Assembly (NCBI GenBank): GCA_030390025.1
Contig: CM059432.1
Coordinates: 2,294,001 to 2,358,000 of the forward strand
Length of the DNA stretch: 64,000 nt
Direction: 5' to 3'
Origin: Squalus acanthias
Lineage: Eukaryota
Below, in pieces: positions 25,701 through 39,302 of this stretch. The notes under the pieces are model-generated. The model saw only the letters and a list, made by a program, of their open reading frames with translations. It had not been told where the DNA came from and ran no database searches. The translations under genes were made by a program, and so were the position numbers. Each line of letters starts with the position of its first letter. Position 1 is the stretch's first letter.

Positions 25701-26465
25701 TGCAATATTTTGAATGTGGTAATATTTAGAAATGTTGTAATATTTAGAAAGTTGTAATATTTTGAAAATGTAATATTTTGAAAAGTTGTAATATTTTAAA
25801 AGTTCTAATATTTAGACAGGTAATATTTTGAAAAGTAGTAATTTTTAGAAATTTGTAATATTTTGCAAGTGGCAATATTTTAAAAAGTTGCAATATTTAG
25901 AGAGTTGTAATATTTTGAAAGTTGCAATATTTTGAAAAGTTGTAATATTTAGCAAGTTGCAATATTTTCAAAAGTTGTAATATTTTGAAAATGTCATATT
26001 TTGAAAGTTGCAATTTTTTGAATGTGGTAATATTTAGAAATGTTGTAATATTTAGAAAGTTGTAATATTTTGAAAATGTAATATTTTGAAAAGTTGTAAT
26101 ATTTTGAAAGTGGTAATATTTAGAAAGTTGTAATTTTTAGAAATTTGTAATGTTTTGAAAAATTGTAATATTTTGAAAGTAGCAATATTTTGCAAAGTTT
26201 TAATATTTTGAAAGTGGTAATATTTAGCAAGTGGTAATGTTTTGAAAAGTTGTAATATTTAGAAAAGGTGTAATATTTTGAAAGTGGTAATATTTAGAAT
26301 GCTGTAATATTTTGAAAAGTGGTAATATTTTGAAAAGTTGTATTTTTTTTAAAAGTGGTAAGATTTAGAAAGTGGTAATATTTAGAAAGTTGTAATATTT
26401 TGAAAAGTTGTAATATTTAGAAAGTTGTAATATTTTGAAAAGTGGTAATATTTTGAAAAGTTGTA

Positions 26466-28004
26466 ATTACATAGATTACATAGAAGATAGGAGCAGGAGT
26501 AGGCCATCCGGCCCTTCGAGCCTGCTCCGCCATTTAATGAGATCATGGCTGATCCTCCAATTCAGTATCCCGTCCCCGCCTTCTCTCCGTAACCCTTAAC
26601 CCCTTTTGCCTGTAGAAATATATCTAATTCCCTCTTTAATATATTTAATGAGCTGGCGTACACTGCCCTCTGTGGCAATGAGTTCCACAGGTTCACCACC
26701 CTCTGAGTGAAGAAATTCCCCCTCATTTCTGTCCTAAATGGTTTAGCCCTTATCCTTAAATTATGTCCTCTAGTTCTGTTCTCACCCGCCAAGGGAAACA
26801 TTCCTTCTGCATCTAGTCTGTCTAGACCTGTCAGAATTTTATACACTTCTATGCGGTCCCCTCTCAATCTTCTAAACTCCAGTGTGTACATCCCTAAACT
26901 ACATAGTCTCTCCTCATAGGTCAATCCCGCCATTCCTGGTATCAGCCTGGTGAATCGCCGCTGCACCCCCTCCATGGCAAGAACATCTTTCCTCAGATGA
27001 GGCGACCAAAACTGTACACAGTACTCGAGGTGTGGTCTCACCAGTGCCCTGTACAGCTGCAGCAAGGTATCCCTGTTCCTGTATTCCAACCCTTTTGCTA
27101 TGAAGGCCAGCATACCGTTTGCCTTCTTGACCGCCTGTTGCACCTGCATGCTCGCCTTCAGTGACTGGTGTACAAGAACACCCAGGTCTCTCTGTACTTC
27201 CCCCTCTCCCAATTTATTGCCATTTAAATAATAATTTGCCCTCCCGTTCCTGCACCCAAGGTGGATAACTTCGCACTTGTCCACATTATAGTGCATCTGC
27301 CATTTATCCGCCCAATCACCCAGTCTGTCCAAATCGCTCTGGAGCTTCCTGGTCTCCTCCTCTGAGCCCACCCCCCCTCCTAGTTTAGTGTCGTCTGCAA
27401 ATTTGGAAATGCTGCATCCGACTCCCTGATCCAGGTCATTAATGTAAATTGTGAACAGCTGGGGACCCAGGACAGATCCCTGTGGTACCCCACTTGTTAC
27501 TGCCTGCCATTCAGAAAATGAGCCGTTTATTCCAACTCTCTGTTTTCTATCTGACAGCCAGTTCTCTATCCACGTCAATACTTTCCCCTTTATCCCATGA
27601 GCTTCAATTTTCCATGCTAATCTTTTATGTGGGACCTTATCGAAGGCCTTTTGGAAGTCCAGGTACACCACATCTACTGGCTCTCCCCCATCTATTTTAC
27701 CAGTTACTCCCTCAAAAAATTCCAATAGATTAGTCAAGCACGATTTACCCTTTGTAAATCCATGTTGACTCTGTCCTATCCTGTCCCCATTTGCTAAGTG
27801 CTCCGCTATTTCATCCTTAATGATGGACTCCAGCATTTTGCCCACAACTGATGTAAGGCTTACAGGTCTGTAATTACCTGCTTTTTCCCTACCCCCCTTT
27901 TTGAATAGTGGGGTAACGTTAGCTACCCTCCAATCCATGGGCACTGTTCCCGAGTCTAATGAATTCTGAAAAATCATACTTAGTGCATCCGCTATCTCTA
28001 GGGC
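26466..28004 (-). mobile_element. 5'-truncated CR1 LINE with uninterrupted RT frame (stop at 26562)
   Basis: (ATTACATAG)2 tail; YLDFQKAFD, PQGSVLGP and FADD in one open frame. Confidence 0.93.
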
Positions 28005-29051
28005 AAGTAGCAATATTTTGAAAAGTTGTATTTTTTTGAAAAGTGGTAAGATTTAGAAAGTGGTAATATTTAGAAAGTTGTAATATTTTGAAAAGTTGTA
28101 ATATTTAGAAAGTTGTAATATTTTGCCAAGTTGTAATATTTTGAAAATGTAATATTTTGAATAGTTGTAATATTTTAAAAGTTCTAATATTTAGACAGGT
28201 AATAATTTGAAAAGTAGTAATTTTTAGAAATTTGTAATATTTTGCAAGTGGCAATATTTTAAAAAGTTGCAATATTTAGAGAGTTGTAATATTTTGAAAG
28301 TTGCAATATTTTGAAAAGTTGTAATATTTAGCAAGTTGCAATATTTTCAAAAGTTGTAATATTTTGAAAATGTCATATTTTGAAAGTTGCAATATTTTGA
28401 ATGTGGTAATATTTAGAAATGTTGTAATATTTAGAAAGTTGTAATATTTTGAAAATGTAATATTTTGAAAAGTTGTAATATTTTGAAAGTGGTAATATTT
28501 AGAAAGTTGTAATTTTTAGAAATTTGTAATGTTTTGAAAAATTGTAATATTTTGAAAGTAGCAATATTTTGCAAAGTTTTAATATTTTGAAAGTGGTAAT
28601 ATTTAGCAAGTGGTAATGTTTTCAAAAGTTGTAATATTTAGAAACTTGCAATATTTTGAAAAGTTGTAATATTTTGAAAATTGGTAAGATTTAGAAAGTG
28701 GTAATATTTTTGAAAAGTAGTAATTTTTAGAAATTTGTAATATTTTGGGAGTGGCAATATTTTGAAAAGTTGTAATATTTTGAAAATGTCATATTATGAA
28801 AGTTGCAATATTTTGAAAGTGGTAATATTTAGAAAGTTGTAATATTTTGAAAGTTGTAATATTTTGAAAGTTGTAATATTTGGAAAAGTTGTAATATTTT
28901 GAAAAGTTGTAATATTCAGAAAAGTTGTAATATTTTGAAAGTTGTAATATTTTGAAAGTTGTAATATTTAGAAAAGTTGTAATATTTAGAAAGTTGTAAT
29001 ATTTTGAAAAGCGGTAAGATTTAGAAAGTTATAATATTTTGAAAAGTTGTA

Positions 29052-29790
29052 TGGGTAAAAATTGAGTCGCGCCCCATTTGGGGCGCTAACCTCGCCGGGG
29101 CGCGACTTTTAGCGCCCCGAAAAAATTAGCGGCCCCGCGCTGGAACTTCAGAGGTTGCGCCCCAAGAGGGAAGCGGGGCGCAACTGGAAGCAGCCCGCAT
29201 CCCTCTTGGGGCGCTGCGAGTGAATATCCTCGCGCTGCGGCACGTCGCGCCGCGGTATTGCAGGCCTTCCTCCCCTTCTTAAAGGGGAGGGACCCTGCGC
29301 AGCGCGAACCGGGGCCCAGCTGGGCCCCCAGGGATCGGGAGTGCCGGCAAAAGAGCCCGGCACTCAAGAGAAGTGCCGGGCTCTTGGAGCGCAGCCGGCA
29401 CTTCACGGTGGGGGGGCTTCACGGGGGCCGGGGGCAGGTGCTGGCAGGCGGCCAGCAACAAAAATGGCCGCCTGCCACCTCCGCTTTAAATATCGCCGCC
29501 CCGGCCGCACGTACGCCTCCCTGAACCCGTCGGACATAGCGTCTGGCGGTAAATCAGGGGGCGCGACTGAAGATCACGGCCGGGGCGCGAGCGGGGTGCT
29601 GCGCACGGCGATGACGTCATCGCCGGCGGCGCAGCACCACAGGGCGCTACCGGCTGCCGCCGCCGCTAACCTCCCACTAAATTTTTCGGGAGGCGTGGGC
29701 GGCGCTGCGCCCGGGCGTTAGCTGCTTTACGCCCCATTAGCGCCCTCTTAAGGCGCTAACGGGAGGCGCAAGCAGCTGAATTTTTCCCCC
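29052..29790. mobile_element. GC-rich Harbinger MITE, 739 bp
   Basis: TIRs (T)GGGTAAAAATTGAG / CTGAATTTTTCCCCC; TSD GTA; near-identical to 57399-58159 apart from a 22-bp deletion. Confidence 0.92.
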
Positions 29791-32753
29791 GTAATATTTA
29801 GAAAGTTGTAATATTTTGAAAAGTTGTAATTTTTAGAAAGTTGTAATATTTTGAAAAGTGGTAATATTTTGAAAAGTTGTAATATTTAGAAAGTTGTAAT
29901 ATTTTAAAAACCTGTAAGATTTAGAAAGTTATAATATTTTGAAAAGTTGCAATATTTAGAAAGTTGCAATATTTTGAAAAGTTGTAATATTTTGAAAATG
30001 TCATATTATGAAAGTTGCAATATTTTGAAAGTGGTAATATTTAGAAAGTTGTAATATTTTGAAAGTTGTAATATTTAGAAAGTTGTAATATTTTGAAAGT
30101 TGTAATATTTGGAAAAGTTGTAATATTTTGAAAAGTTGTAATATTCAGAAAAGTTGTAATATTTTGAAAGTTGTAATATTTTGAAAGTTGTAATATTTAG
30201 AAAAGTTGTAATATTTAGAAAGTTGTAATATTTTGAAAAGCGGTAAGATTTAGAAAGTTATAATATTTTGAAAAGTTGTAATATTTAGAAAGTTGTAATA
30301 TTTTGAAAAGTTGTAATTTTTAGAAAGTTGTAATATTTTGAAAAGTGGTAATATTTTGAAAAATTGTAATATTTAGAAAGTTGTAATATTTTAAAAACCT
30401 GTAAGATTTAGAAAGTTATAATATTTTGAAAAGTTGCAATATTTAGAAAGTTGCAATATTTTGAAAAGTTGTAATATTTTGAAAATGTCATATTATGAAA
30501 GTTGCAATATTTTGAAAGTGGTAATATTTAGAAAGTTGTAATATTTAGAAAGTTGTAATATTTTGAAAGTTGTAATATTTTGAAAAGTTGTAATATTTTG
30601 AAAAGTAATATTCAGAAAAGTTGTAATATTTTGAAAGTTGTAATATTTTGAAAGTTGTAATATTTAGAAACTTGCAATATTTTTAAAAGTTGTAATATTT
30701 TGAAAAGGTGTAATATTTTGAAAGTGGGAATATTTAGAATGCTGTAATATTTTGAAAAGTGGTAATATTTTGAAAAGTTGTATTTTTTTGAATAGTGGTA
30801 AGATTTAGAAAGTGGTAATATTTAGAAAGTTGTAATATTTTGAAAAGTTGTAATATTTAGAAAGTTGTAATATTTTGAAAAGTTGTAATATTTAGAAAGT
30901 TGTAATATTTTGAAAAGTGGTAATATTTTGAAAAGTTGTAATATTTAGAAAGTTGTAATATTTTGCCAAGTAGTAATATTTTGAAAATGTAATATTTTGA
31001 AAAGTTGTAATATTTTAAAAGTTCTAATATTTAGACAGGTAATATTTTGAAAAGTAGTAATTTTTAGAAATTTGTAATATTTTGCAAGTGGCAATATTTT
31101 AAAAAGTTGCAATATTTAGAGAGTTGTAATATTTTGAAAGTTGCAATATTTTGAAAACTGGTAATATTTAGCAAGTTGCGATATTTTCAAAAGTTGTAAT
31201 ATTTTGAAAATGTCATATTTTGAGAGTTGCAATATTTTGAATGTGGTAATATTTAGAAAAGTTGTAATATTTTGAAAATGTCATATTATGAAAGTTGCAA
31301 TATTTTGAAAGTGGTAATATTTAGAAAGTTGCAATTTTTAGAAATTTGTAATGTTTTGAAAAATTGTAATATTTTGAAAGTAGCAATATTTTGCAAAGTT
31401 TTAATATTTTGAAAGTGGTAATATTTAGCAAGTGGTAATGTTTTGAAAAGTTGTAATATTTAGAAACTTGCAATATTTTGAAAAGTTGTAATATTTTGAA
31501 AAGGTGTAATATTTTGAAAGTGGTAATATTTAGAATGCTGTAATATTTTGAAAAGTGGTAATATTTTGAAAAGTTGTATTTTTTTGAAAAGTGGTAAGAT
31601 TTAGAAAGTGGTAATATTTAGAAAGTTGTAATATTTTGAAAAGTTGTAATATTTAGAAAGTTGTAATATTTTGAAAAGTGGTAATATTTTGAAAAGTTGT
31701 AATATTTAGAAAGTTGTAATATTTTGCCAAGTTGTAATATTTTGAAAATGTAATATTTTGAAAAGTTGTAATATTTTAAAAGTTCTAATATTTAGACAGG
31801 TAATATTTTGAAAAGTAGTAATTTTTAGAAATTTGTAATATTTTGCAAGTGGCAATATTTTAAAAAGTTGCAATATTTAGAGAGTTGTAATATTTTGAAA
31901 GTTGCAATATTTTGAAAAGTTGTAATATTTAGCAAGTTGCAATATTTTCAAAAGTTGTAATATTTTGAAAATGTCATATTTTGAAAGTTGCAATTTTTTG
32001 AATGTGGTAATATTTAGAAATGTTGTAATATTTAGAAAGTTGTAATATTTTGAAAATGTCATATTTTGAAAAGTTGTAATATTTTGAAAGTGGTAATATT
32101 TAGAAAGTTGTAATTTTTAGAAATTTGTAATGTTTTGAAAAATTGTAATATTTTGAAAGTAGCAATATTTTGCAAAGTTTTAATATTTTGAAAGTGGTAA
32201 TATTTAGCAAGTGGTAATGTTTTGAAAAGTTGTAATATTTAGAAACTTGGGGGTAAAAATTCAGTTGGTTGCGCCTCCCGTTAGCGCCTTAAATGGGCGC
32301 TAATGGGGCGTTAAGGCGCTAACGCCCGGGCGCAGCGCTGTTTGCGCCGCTCGAGAACTTAACTTGAGATTGTGCGGCAGCGCTAAAACTTACCGCTGCG
32401 ACCACCTGCGCGCGCAGATTGTGACGTCAGTCCGTGGTGCAACGCCCTTGGGGCGCCCCGGAGCGGAAATTGAGTGGCGCCCCCTGCCTTACCGCCTGGC
32501 GCTTCCAACGACCGGAAGACTGGAACGTTATCAATCGGTCTGGGGCTGGGGGGGGCGCTATTTAAAGGGGGCCTCTTCCTGTCTTTTTCTGTGGTCGACA
32601 TTTATGCACCACTCGTTCTGAGAGAGAGAGATTCGGAGAGAGAGAGAGACTTCTACATTGACTCAACGCTTTGTGAGGTAGTTTTGCCTAGTTCATCCTA
32701 ACTTTGCTGCTACTTTCGTTGCTGTACCTCATTACTTTTCTGGCAAAGAGAAG

Positions 32754-33914
32754 ATGGGGGCTGCAATGATTGGGGGCGTCGTCCTGCTCCAGCTCAATCG
32801 GAGCAGAGTGAGACGCAGACAGAGAGTGGCAATGATGGCCAGACGGAGGAGGCCCATCAGGCGCATGTACAGGAGAGCTTACCCTCCCAGGGTATATCGT
32901 GAACAGCTCTCCTACATCCACATGTCCGAGGAGCTGTGTTTGCGAAGGCTGCGATTCAGCAAGGAGGTGGTCACTGAGCTCTGCCACCTGCTGCAGCCAG
33001 ATCTGCAGCCTCAGCTGAGGTCCAGGACGTCTCTGTCGGTGGCAGTGAAGGTCACAGTGGCCTTGAACTTCTACGCCACTGGCTCATTCCAAGCTGCTGT
33101 TGGGGACCTCGCCAATATCTCCCAGTTTGCGGTGCATCGCTGCATCCGGCAGGTCACCAATGCCCTCTTCACAAGGAGACGAGACTTCATCTCCTTCCCT
33201 ATGACCCCAGACAAGCAGCATGACCGTGCTATGGGCTTTGCGAGGGTAGCGGGCTTCCCCATGGTGCAGGGCGCCATTGACTGCACGCATGTGGCTTTGC
33301 GTGCTCCGCGAGAGAATGCAGAGGAGTTCCGGAACAGAAAGGGGTTCCATTCCTTGAATGTGCAGTTGGTCTGTGACCACAGACAGGTGATTCTCGCTGT
33401 CAATGCCCACTATCCGGGCAGCTGCCACGATGCTTTCATCCTGCGCCAGAGTACTGTGGCAGAAATTTTCGAGGCACCGCATCAGCCAGTCGGTTGGCTT
33501 CTGGGGGACAAGGGGTACGCATTGAGCACCTGGCTGATGACACCGCTCCGTGCGCCAAACACCCCTGCTGAGCTGCGGTACCAGGAAAGCCAACAAGCAA
33601 CGAGGAACATTATTGAGCGCACAATCGGCGTGCTCAAACAACGATTCCGCTGTCTGGACCATTCCGGAGGAGCCCTGCAGTACTCGCCTGAGCAAGTTTC
33701 CAAATTCGTAGTGGTGTGCTGCATGTTGCACAACATGGCAATCCTCAGGACGCAGCCAATGCCACCAGGCCTTGCAGCACCACAAGAGGAGGAGGAGGAA
33801 GAGGAGGAACAGGCCGAGGACGATGATCAGCAGCAGCACCAAGGCAGGAGGGCGGCCCACAATGGTCAAACTGCAAGGGCCGTCCGTCAACGACTAATAG
33901 CAAGCCGCTTCTAG
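32754..33914 (+). CDS. Harbinger DDE transposase, 386 aa
   Basis: Differs from copy 1 only at AFILRQ versus AFILCQ in the ORF track. Confidence 0.95.
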   Translation: MGAAMIGGVVLLQLNRSRVRRRQRVAMMARRRRPIRRMYRRAYPPRVYREQLSYIHMSEELCLRRLRFSKEVVTELCHLLQPDLQPQLRSRTSLSVAVKVTVALNFYATGSFQAAVGDLANISQFAVHRCIRQVTNALFTRRRDFISFPMTPDKQHDRAMGFARVAGFPMVQGAIDCTHVALRAPRENAEEFRNRKGFHSLNVQLVCDHRQVILAVNAHYPGSCHDAFILRQSTVAEIFEAPHQPVGWLLGDKGYALSTWLMTPLRAPNTPAELRYQESQQATRNIIERTIGVLKQRFRCLDHSGGALQYSPEQVSKFVVVCCMLHNMAILRTQPMPPGLAAPQEEEEEEEEQAEDDDQQQHQGRRAAHNGQTARAVRQRLIASRF

Positions 33915-34208
33915 GGCCCCTGCCAGTGCTACAAACACGAATCAACCCAGCACGCAACCCCTAAGCCGGCCAAGGCACCAATAATTCCAACCACCAGCCA
34001 TGTATATTTTGAATACAGAAACTTATTTATTGTACAAACTCTGTGTGTGTCAATTCCTCATGACAAACTCATAGAAATAAACACAAAAAAACAGTCAATA
34101 ATATAACTGGTTCTCACAACCTGGAGATAATGTCCAAAACACTAAACAAAAGTTGGGCCATGAACCTCGGCCTTTAATAAAAAAATGACCAGCATTTTGG
34201 CACACCTC

Positions 34209-36118
34209 CTACTTTTTGCCCTTCGAGGGTGATCTCCTTCCCTTGCGCACTTCCCCCCTTCTAACCCTACTGCTCCTCCGTAATGGGACCTCAGTGGCTG
34301 CAGCAAGGCTGGTGGAAGGCTGCTGCTTGTCAGACCCTGACACTGCAGATGCCCCTGAAGGCCGGCCTCGACCACTTCTGGGCCTGGAGGGCCCGGCTGC
34401 AGACTGCACCAACTCTGCATGGGCGGCAGCAGTCTGTCCTACAGGCGGTGGCAAGTGCAGTGGAGAAGTGACAGTGTTGGCAGCAGGAATGCTGTCATCG
34501 TGAGAGAGGACAGCAACTCCCTGCTCGCCCGACACACTGGCACTCCCACGGGGCAGCACTTCAGCATCCGGAGCAATTTGCCTGAGAACAGATTGCTGGC
34601 CTGCTGCGGCGCGGTGACAGCCCCGGGGACATGTGCACGAACCATCGAGGATGGCAGCAGTCAGTGCTCGCGTGGCCTCAATCTGAGTCTGCATGAGAGC
34701 AGGCTCAGATGGGTTCCTGGCAGCCAGTGACTGAATTGCAGCAGTAAGCTTTAGTGTGGCATCCGCCTGTGCTACAGCGAAGTGCTCCACACTCCTTGCC
34801 AGTGCCTCAATGCATTCGGGCACCCTTCCCACTGCACCCATGAGCTCAGTGTGCATGACCACCGCCTGGCTGTTCATTTCTGCAATCAGCCGCTCCTCCT
34901 CTGCGTCCATTGCATTAGGAGTGTCTGGCATACTCTCCCTCTGGGGAGAAGGCTCCCGTTCTTCCCTCCCCCCCCCATGGCGTTGCTGCAGCCCGCTGGG
35001 TCCTGGAACTTCACCATCATCAGCCCCTTCCCCCCTGCTCCCCCGTTCTTCCCTCCCCCCCCCATGGCGTTGCTGCAGCCCGCTGGGTCCTGGAACTTCA
35101 CCATCATCAGCCCCTTCCCCCCTGCTCCCCTCCGGGGAAGGCGTGTTCCCAGTGTGGCCATGGGCTTCCTCGGGAGAGGGTGGCACTGATGCTCCGGCTT
35201 CCTCTTCCTCCTCAGCTGCAGCATCACTCCCAGTGGCAGCTTCAGGGACCATCTCCTCAGCTGGTGAATCACCATCTGAAAGCAGGGAGGTACAAGAGTG
35301 GCTTTAGCGTGAGGACAGGGTGGCAGTAAGGGAGGAATAAGTGCAGCGAGTTAGCAAGTTGGATTGAAAGTGTCAAAGGCTGGTATTGTGAGGGACAAGT
35401 GGAAGGACAGAGGACAAAAAGGTGATGACCTTACCATTGCTGTCCACAACGGGGTCGGCGTCTCCAGTGGCGACGGGACCGATCACCCGGCTTGCCACAA
35501 TCCTGTGGACGCGCTCCTCCAGATCGCTGAGGGGTTGCAGCTGAAGCCGCCCTCCACCCGTCCGTTGCTGCTGTCTCCGATTATGAGCCAGCTTAGCCTG
35601 CAAGAAAAAGGACAGCATCTGAGTCAATATACAGCCATGGTCTTGCCTGATGTGCCTCCCATAGGTGAATAGCCCTTACAATATGCAGCCATGGTCTTGC
35701 CTGATGTGCCTCCCATAGGTGAATAGCCCTTACTGTATGCAAAGTGTGGAATGTGTGTGTGTGTTTGATGAAAGGGCCATAGGTGTTGGATGAGTGTTGT
35801 GCATTGGGGTTTTAAGACCCTCTGGCCATAGAGTGAGGTTGAGATGGAGGGATGGAGAGGTATTGAGAAAAAGCCACTCACCCTGACGACCCGAGTGAGG
35901 TCGTTGAACTTTTTGCGGCACTGGACATGGGTCCTGGGCACCATGCTCCTGGAGGAGACGCTCTGAGCCACCTCCCTCCACACTCTTCTGAACTCGCGTG
36001 GCAAAGGCCTCCTGCCACTCTCTGGGAACAGCATGCATCGTCTGCGCTCCACTGCGTCAACCAGAGCATCCAAGGCCCGCTCGGTGAAGCGATGAGCGCG
36101 TTCTCTCACCCTCTCCAT
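34209..36118 (-). CDS. Harbinger Myb/SANT-like protein, 3 exons, predicted 488 aa
   Basis: Exons 36118-35882 (237 nt), 35597-35435 (163 nt) and 35275-34209 (1067 nt); AGG|GTGAGT, TTGCAG|, G|GTAAG and TTTCAG| splice sites join in frame; basic C-terminus RRSSRVRRGEVRKGRRSPSKGKK. Confidence 0.85.
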
Positions 36119-38199
36119 TCTTGGCAGCAAAATGGATTACAGGTCTCTCCAGGCTGAGATTCAAGGCTGCAATGAGCAGGGTGTGGCTGGGGAGCAAGTG
36201 GCCCCCCCCGCTTTAAGAAGTGTCCGGCGCCAGTGTGTCTGTGTTACCGCGCTAACTGGCAGCAGCTGCGCTGCGCTCGTGCGCTGAGTTAGCGCCTCAC
36301 TCCTAGGCCTTTACGCCTTAAGAGAGGTGTGCAGCGCCTAATTTAGCGCTCCACTCACCTCCCGGGGCGGTAAAAGTGAAGTTTCCTGTCAGTGCCGATA
36401 ATTAGCGCCAGGCGCTAATATTTGCGCGCGGACGATATTTGCGCCCCAAATGGGGCGCGACCTAATTTCTACCCCTTGCAATATTTTGAAAAGTTGTAAT
36501 ATTTTGAAAAGGTGTAATATTTTGAAAGTGGTAATATTTAGAATGCTGTAATATTTTGAAAAGTGGTAATATTTTGAAAAGTTGTATTTTTTTGAAAAGT
36601 GGTAAGATTTAGAAAGTGGTAATATTTAGAAAGTTGTAATATTTTGAAAAGTTGTAATATTTAGAAAGTTGTAATATTTTGAAAAGTGGTAATATTTTGA
36701 AAAGTTGTAATATTTAGAAAGTTGTAATATTTTGCCAAGTTGTAATATTTTGAAAATGTAATATTTTGAAAAGTTGTAATATTTTAAAAGTTCTAATATT
36801 TAGACAGGTAATATTCTGAAAAGTAGTAATTTTTAGAAATTTGTAATATTTTGGGAGTGGCAATATTTTGAAAAGTTGCAATATTTAGAAAGTTGCAATA
36901 TTTTGAAAAGTTGTAATATTTTGAAAATGTCATATTATGAAAGTTGCAATATTTTGAAAGTGGTAATATTTAGAAAGTTGTAATATTTTGAAAAGCGGTA
37001 AGATTTAGAAAGTTATAATATTTTGAAAAGTTGTAATATTTAGAAAGTTGTAATATTCTGAAAAGTGGTAATATTTTGAAAAGTTGTAATATTTAGAAAG
37101 TTGTAATATTTTGAAAAGTTGCAATATTTAGAAAGTTGCAATATTTTGAAAAGTTGTAATATTTTGAAAATGTCATGTTAAAAAATTTGCAATATTTTGA
37201 AAGTGGTAATATTTAGAAAGTTGTAATATTTTGAAAGTTGTAATATTTTGAAAGTTGTAATATTTGGAAAAGTTGTAATATTTTGAAAAGTTGTAATATT
37301 CAGAAAAGTTGTAATATTTTGAAAGTTGTAATTTTTTGAAAGTTGTAATATTTAGAAAAGTTGTAATATTTAGAAAGTTGCAATATTTTGAAAAGTTGTA
37401 ATATTTTGAAAATGTCATATTATGAAAGTTGCAATATTTTGAAAGTGGTAATATTTAGAAAGTTGTAATATTTTGAAAAGTTGCAATATTTAGAATGTTG
37501 CAATATTTTGAAAAGTAATATTTTGAAAATGTCATATTTTGAAAGTGGTAATATTTATAAATGTTGTAATATTTAGAAAGTTGTAATATTTTGAAAAGTT
37601 GTAATATTTAGAAAGTTGTAATATTTTGAAAGTTGCAATATTTTGAAAGTGGTAATATTTATAAATGTTGTAATATTTAGAAAGTTGTAATATTTTGAAA
37701 AGTTGTAATATTTAGAAAGTTGTAATATTTTGAAAGTGGTAACAGTTAGAAAGTTGTAATATTTGGAAAGTTGTAATATTTTGAAAAGTGGTAAGATTTA
37801 GAAAGTTGCAATATTTTGAAAGTTGTAATATTTAGAAAAGTTGTAATATTTAGAAAGTTGTAATATTTTGAAAAGCGGTAAGATTTAGAAAGTTATAATA
37901 TTTTGAAAAGTTGTAATATTTGGAAAGTTGTAATATTTTGAAAAGTTGTAATTTTTAGAAAGTTGTAATATTTTGAAAAGTGGTAATATTTTGAAAAGTT
38001 GTAATATTTAGAAAGTTGTAATATTTTGAAAACCTGTAAGATTTAGAAAGTTATAATATTTTGAAAAGTTGTAATATTTAGAAAGTTGTAATATTTTGAA
38101 AAGTTGTAATTTTTAGAAAGTTGTAATATTTTGAAAAGTTGTAATATTTTGAAAAGTTGTAATTTTTTGAAAAGTGGTAAGATTTAGAAAGTGGTAATA

Positions 38200-38274
38200 G
38201 AAACAGAAACATAGAAGATAGGAGCAGTAGGCCATTCGGCCCCTCGAGCCTGCACTGCCATCTAATAAGATCAT
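38200..38274 (-). mobile_element. CR1 3' tail only
   Basis: GAAACATAGAAGATAGGAGCAG...GATCAT, flanked by GAAAGTGGTAATA on both sides. Confidence 0.8.
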
Positions 38275-39222
38275 GAAAGTGGTAATATTTTGAAAACTTG
38301 TAATATTTAGCAAGTTGTAATGTTTTGAAAAGTTGTAATATTTAGAAAGTTGTAATAATTAGAAAGTTGTAATATTTTGCAAAGTTGTAATATTTTGAAA
38401 ATGTAATATTTTGAAAAGTTGTAATATTTCAATAATTCTAATATTTAGACAGGTAATATTTTGAAAAGTAGTAATTTTTAGAAATTTGTAATATTTTGGG
38501 AGTGCCAATATTTTGAAAAGTTGTAATATTTTGAAAAGTTGTAATATTTAGAAAGTTGTAATATTTTGCAAAGTTGTAATATTTTGAAAATGTAATATTT
38601 TGAAAAGTTGTATTATTTTAAAAGTTCTAATATTTAGACAGGTAATATTTTGAAAAGAAGTAATATTTTGAAATGTGTAATATTTTGGGAGTGGCAATAT
38701 TTTGAAAAGTTGCAATATTTAGAAAGTTGCAATATTTTGAAAAGTTGTAATATTTTGAAAATGTCATATTTTGAAAAGTTGTAATATTTTGAAAGTGGTA
38801 ATATTTAGAAAGTTGTAATTTTTAGAAATTTGTAATGTTTTGAAAAATTGTAATATTTTGAAAGTAGCATTATTTTGCAAAGTTTTAATATTTTGAAAGT
38901 GGTAATATTTAGCAAGTGGTAATGTTTTGAAAAGTTGTAATATTTAGAAACTTGCAATATTTTGAAAAGTTGTAATATTTTGAAAAGGTGTAATATTTTG
39001 AAAGTGGTAATATTTAGAATGCTGTAATATTTTGAAAAGTGGTAAGATTTAGAAAGTGGTAATATTTAGAAAGCTGTAATATTTTGAAAAGTTGTAATAT
39101 TTAGAAAGTTGTAATATTTTGAAAAGTTGTAATATTTAGAAAGTTGCAATATTTTGAAAAGTGGTAATATTTTGAAAAGTTGTAATTTTCTGAAAAGTGG
39201 TAAGATTTAGAAAGTGGTAATA

Positions 39223-39302
39223 GAAACATAGAAACATAGAAGATAGGAGCAGGAGTACGCCATTCTGCCCCTCGGGCCTGCACCACCATTTAATGAGATC
39301 AT
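39223..39302 (-). mobile_element. CR1 3' tail only (duplicate of 38200)
   Basis: Identical junctions to the 38200 insert. Confidence 0.8.

Larger units (their letters stand above)
32250..36475 (+). mobile_element. Autonomous PIF/Harbinger transposon, copy 2 (apparently intact)
   Basis: Same TIRs as copy 1; TSD TTG; both genes open. Confidence 0.96.

Noticed and set aside
29364..29371. Hairpin loop TCAAGAGA resembles the synthetic shRNA loop TTCAAGAGA
   Set aside because: Embedded in a natural multicopy MITE with diverged relatives and no vector sequence; treated as coincidence.
12690..36475. Copies 1 and 2 as a segmental duplication or misassembly
   Set aside because: Identity stops at the TIRs; TSDs and flanking variants differ.
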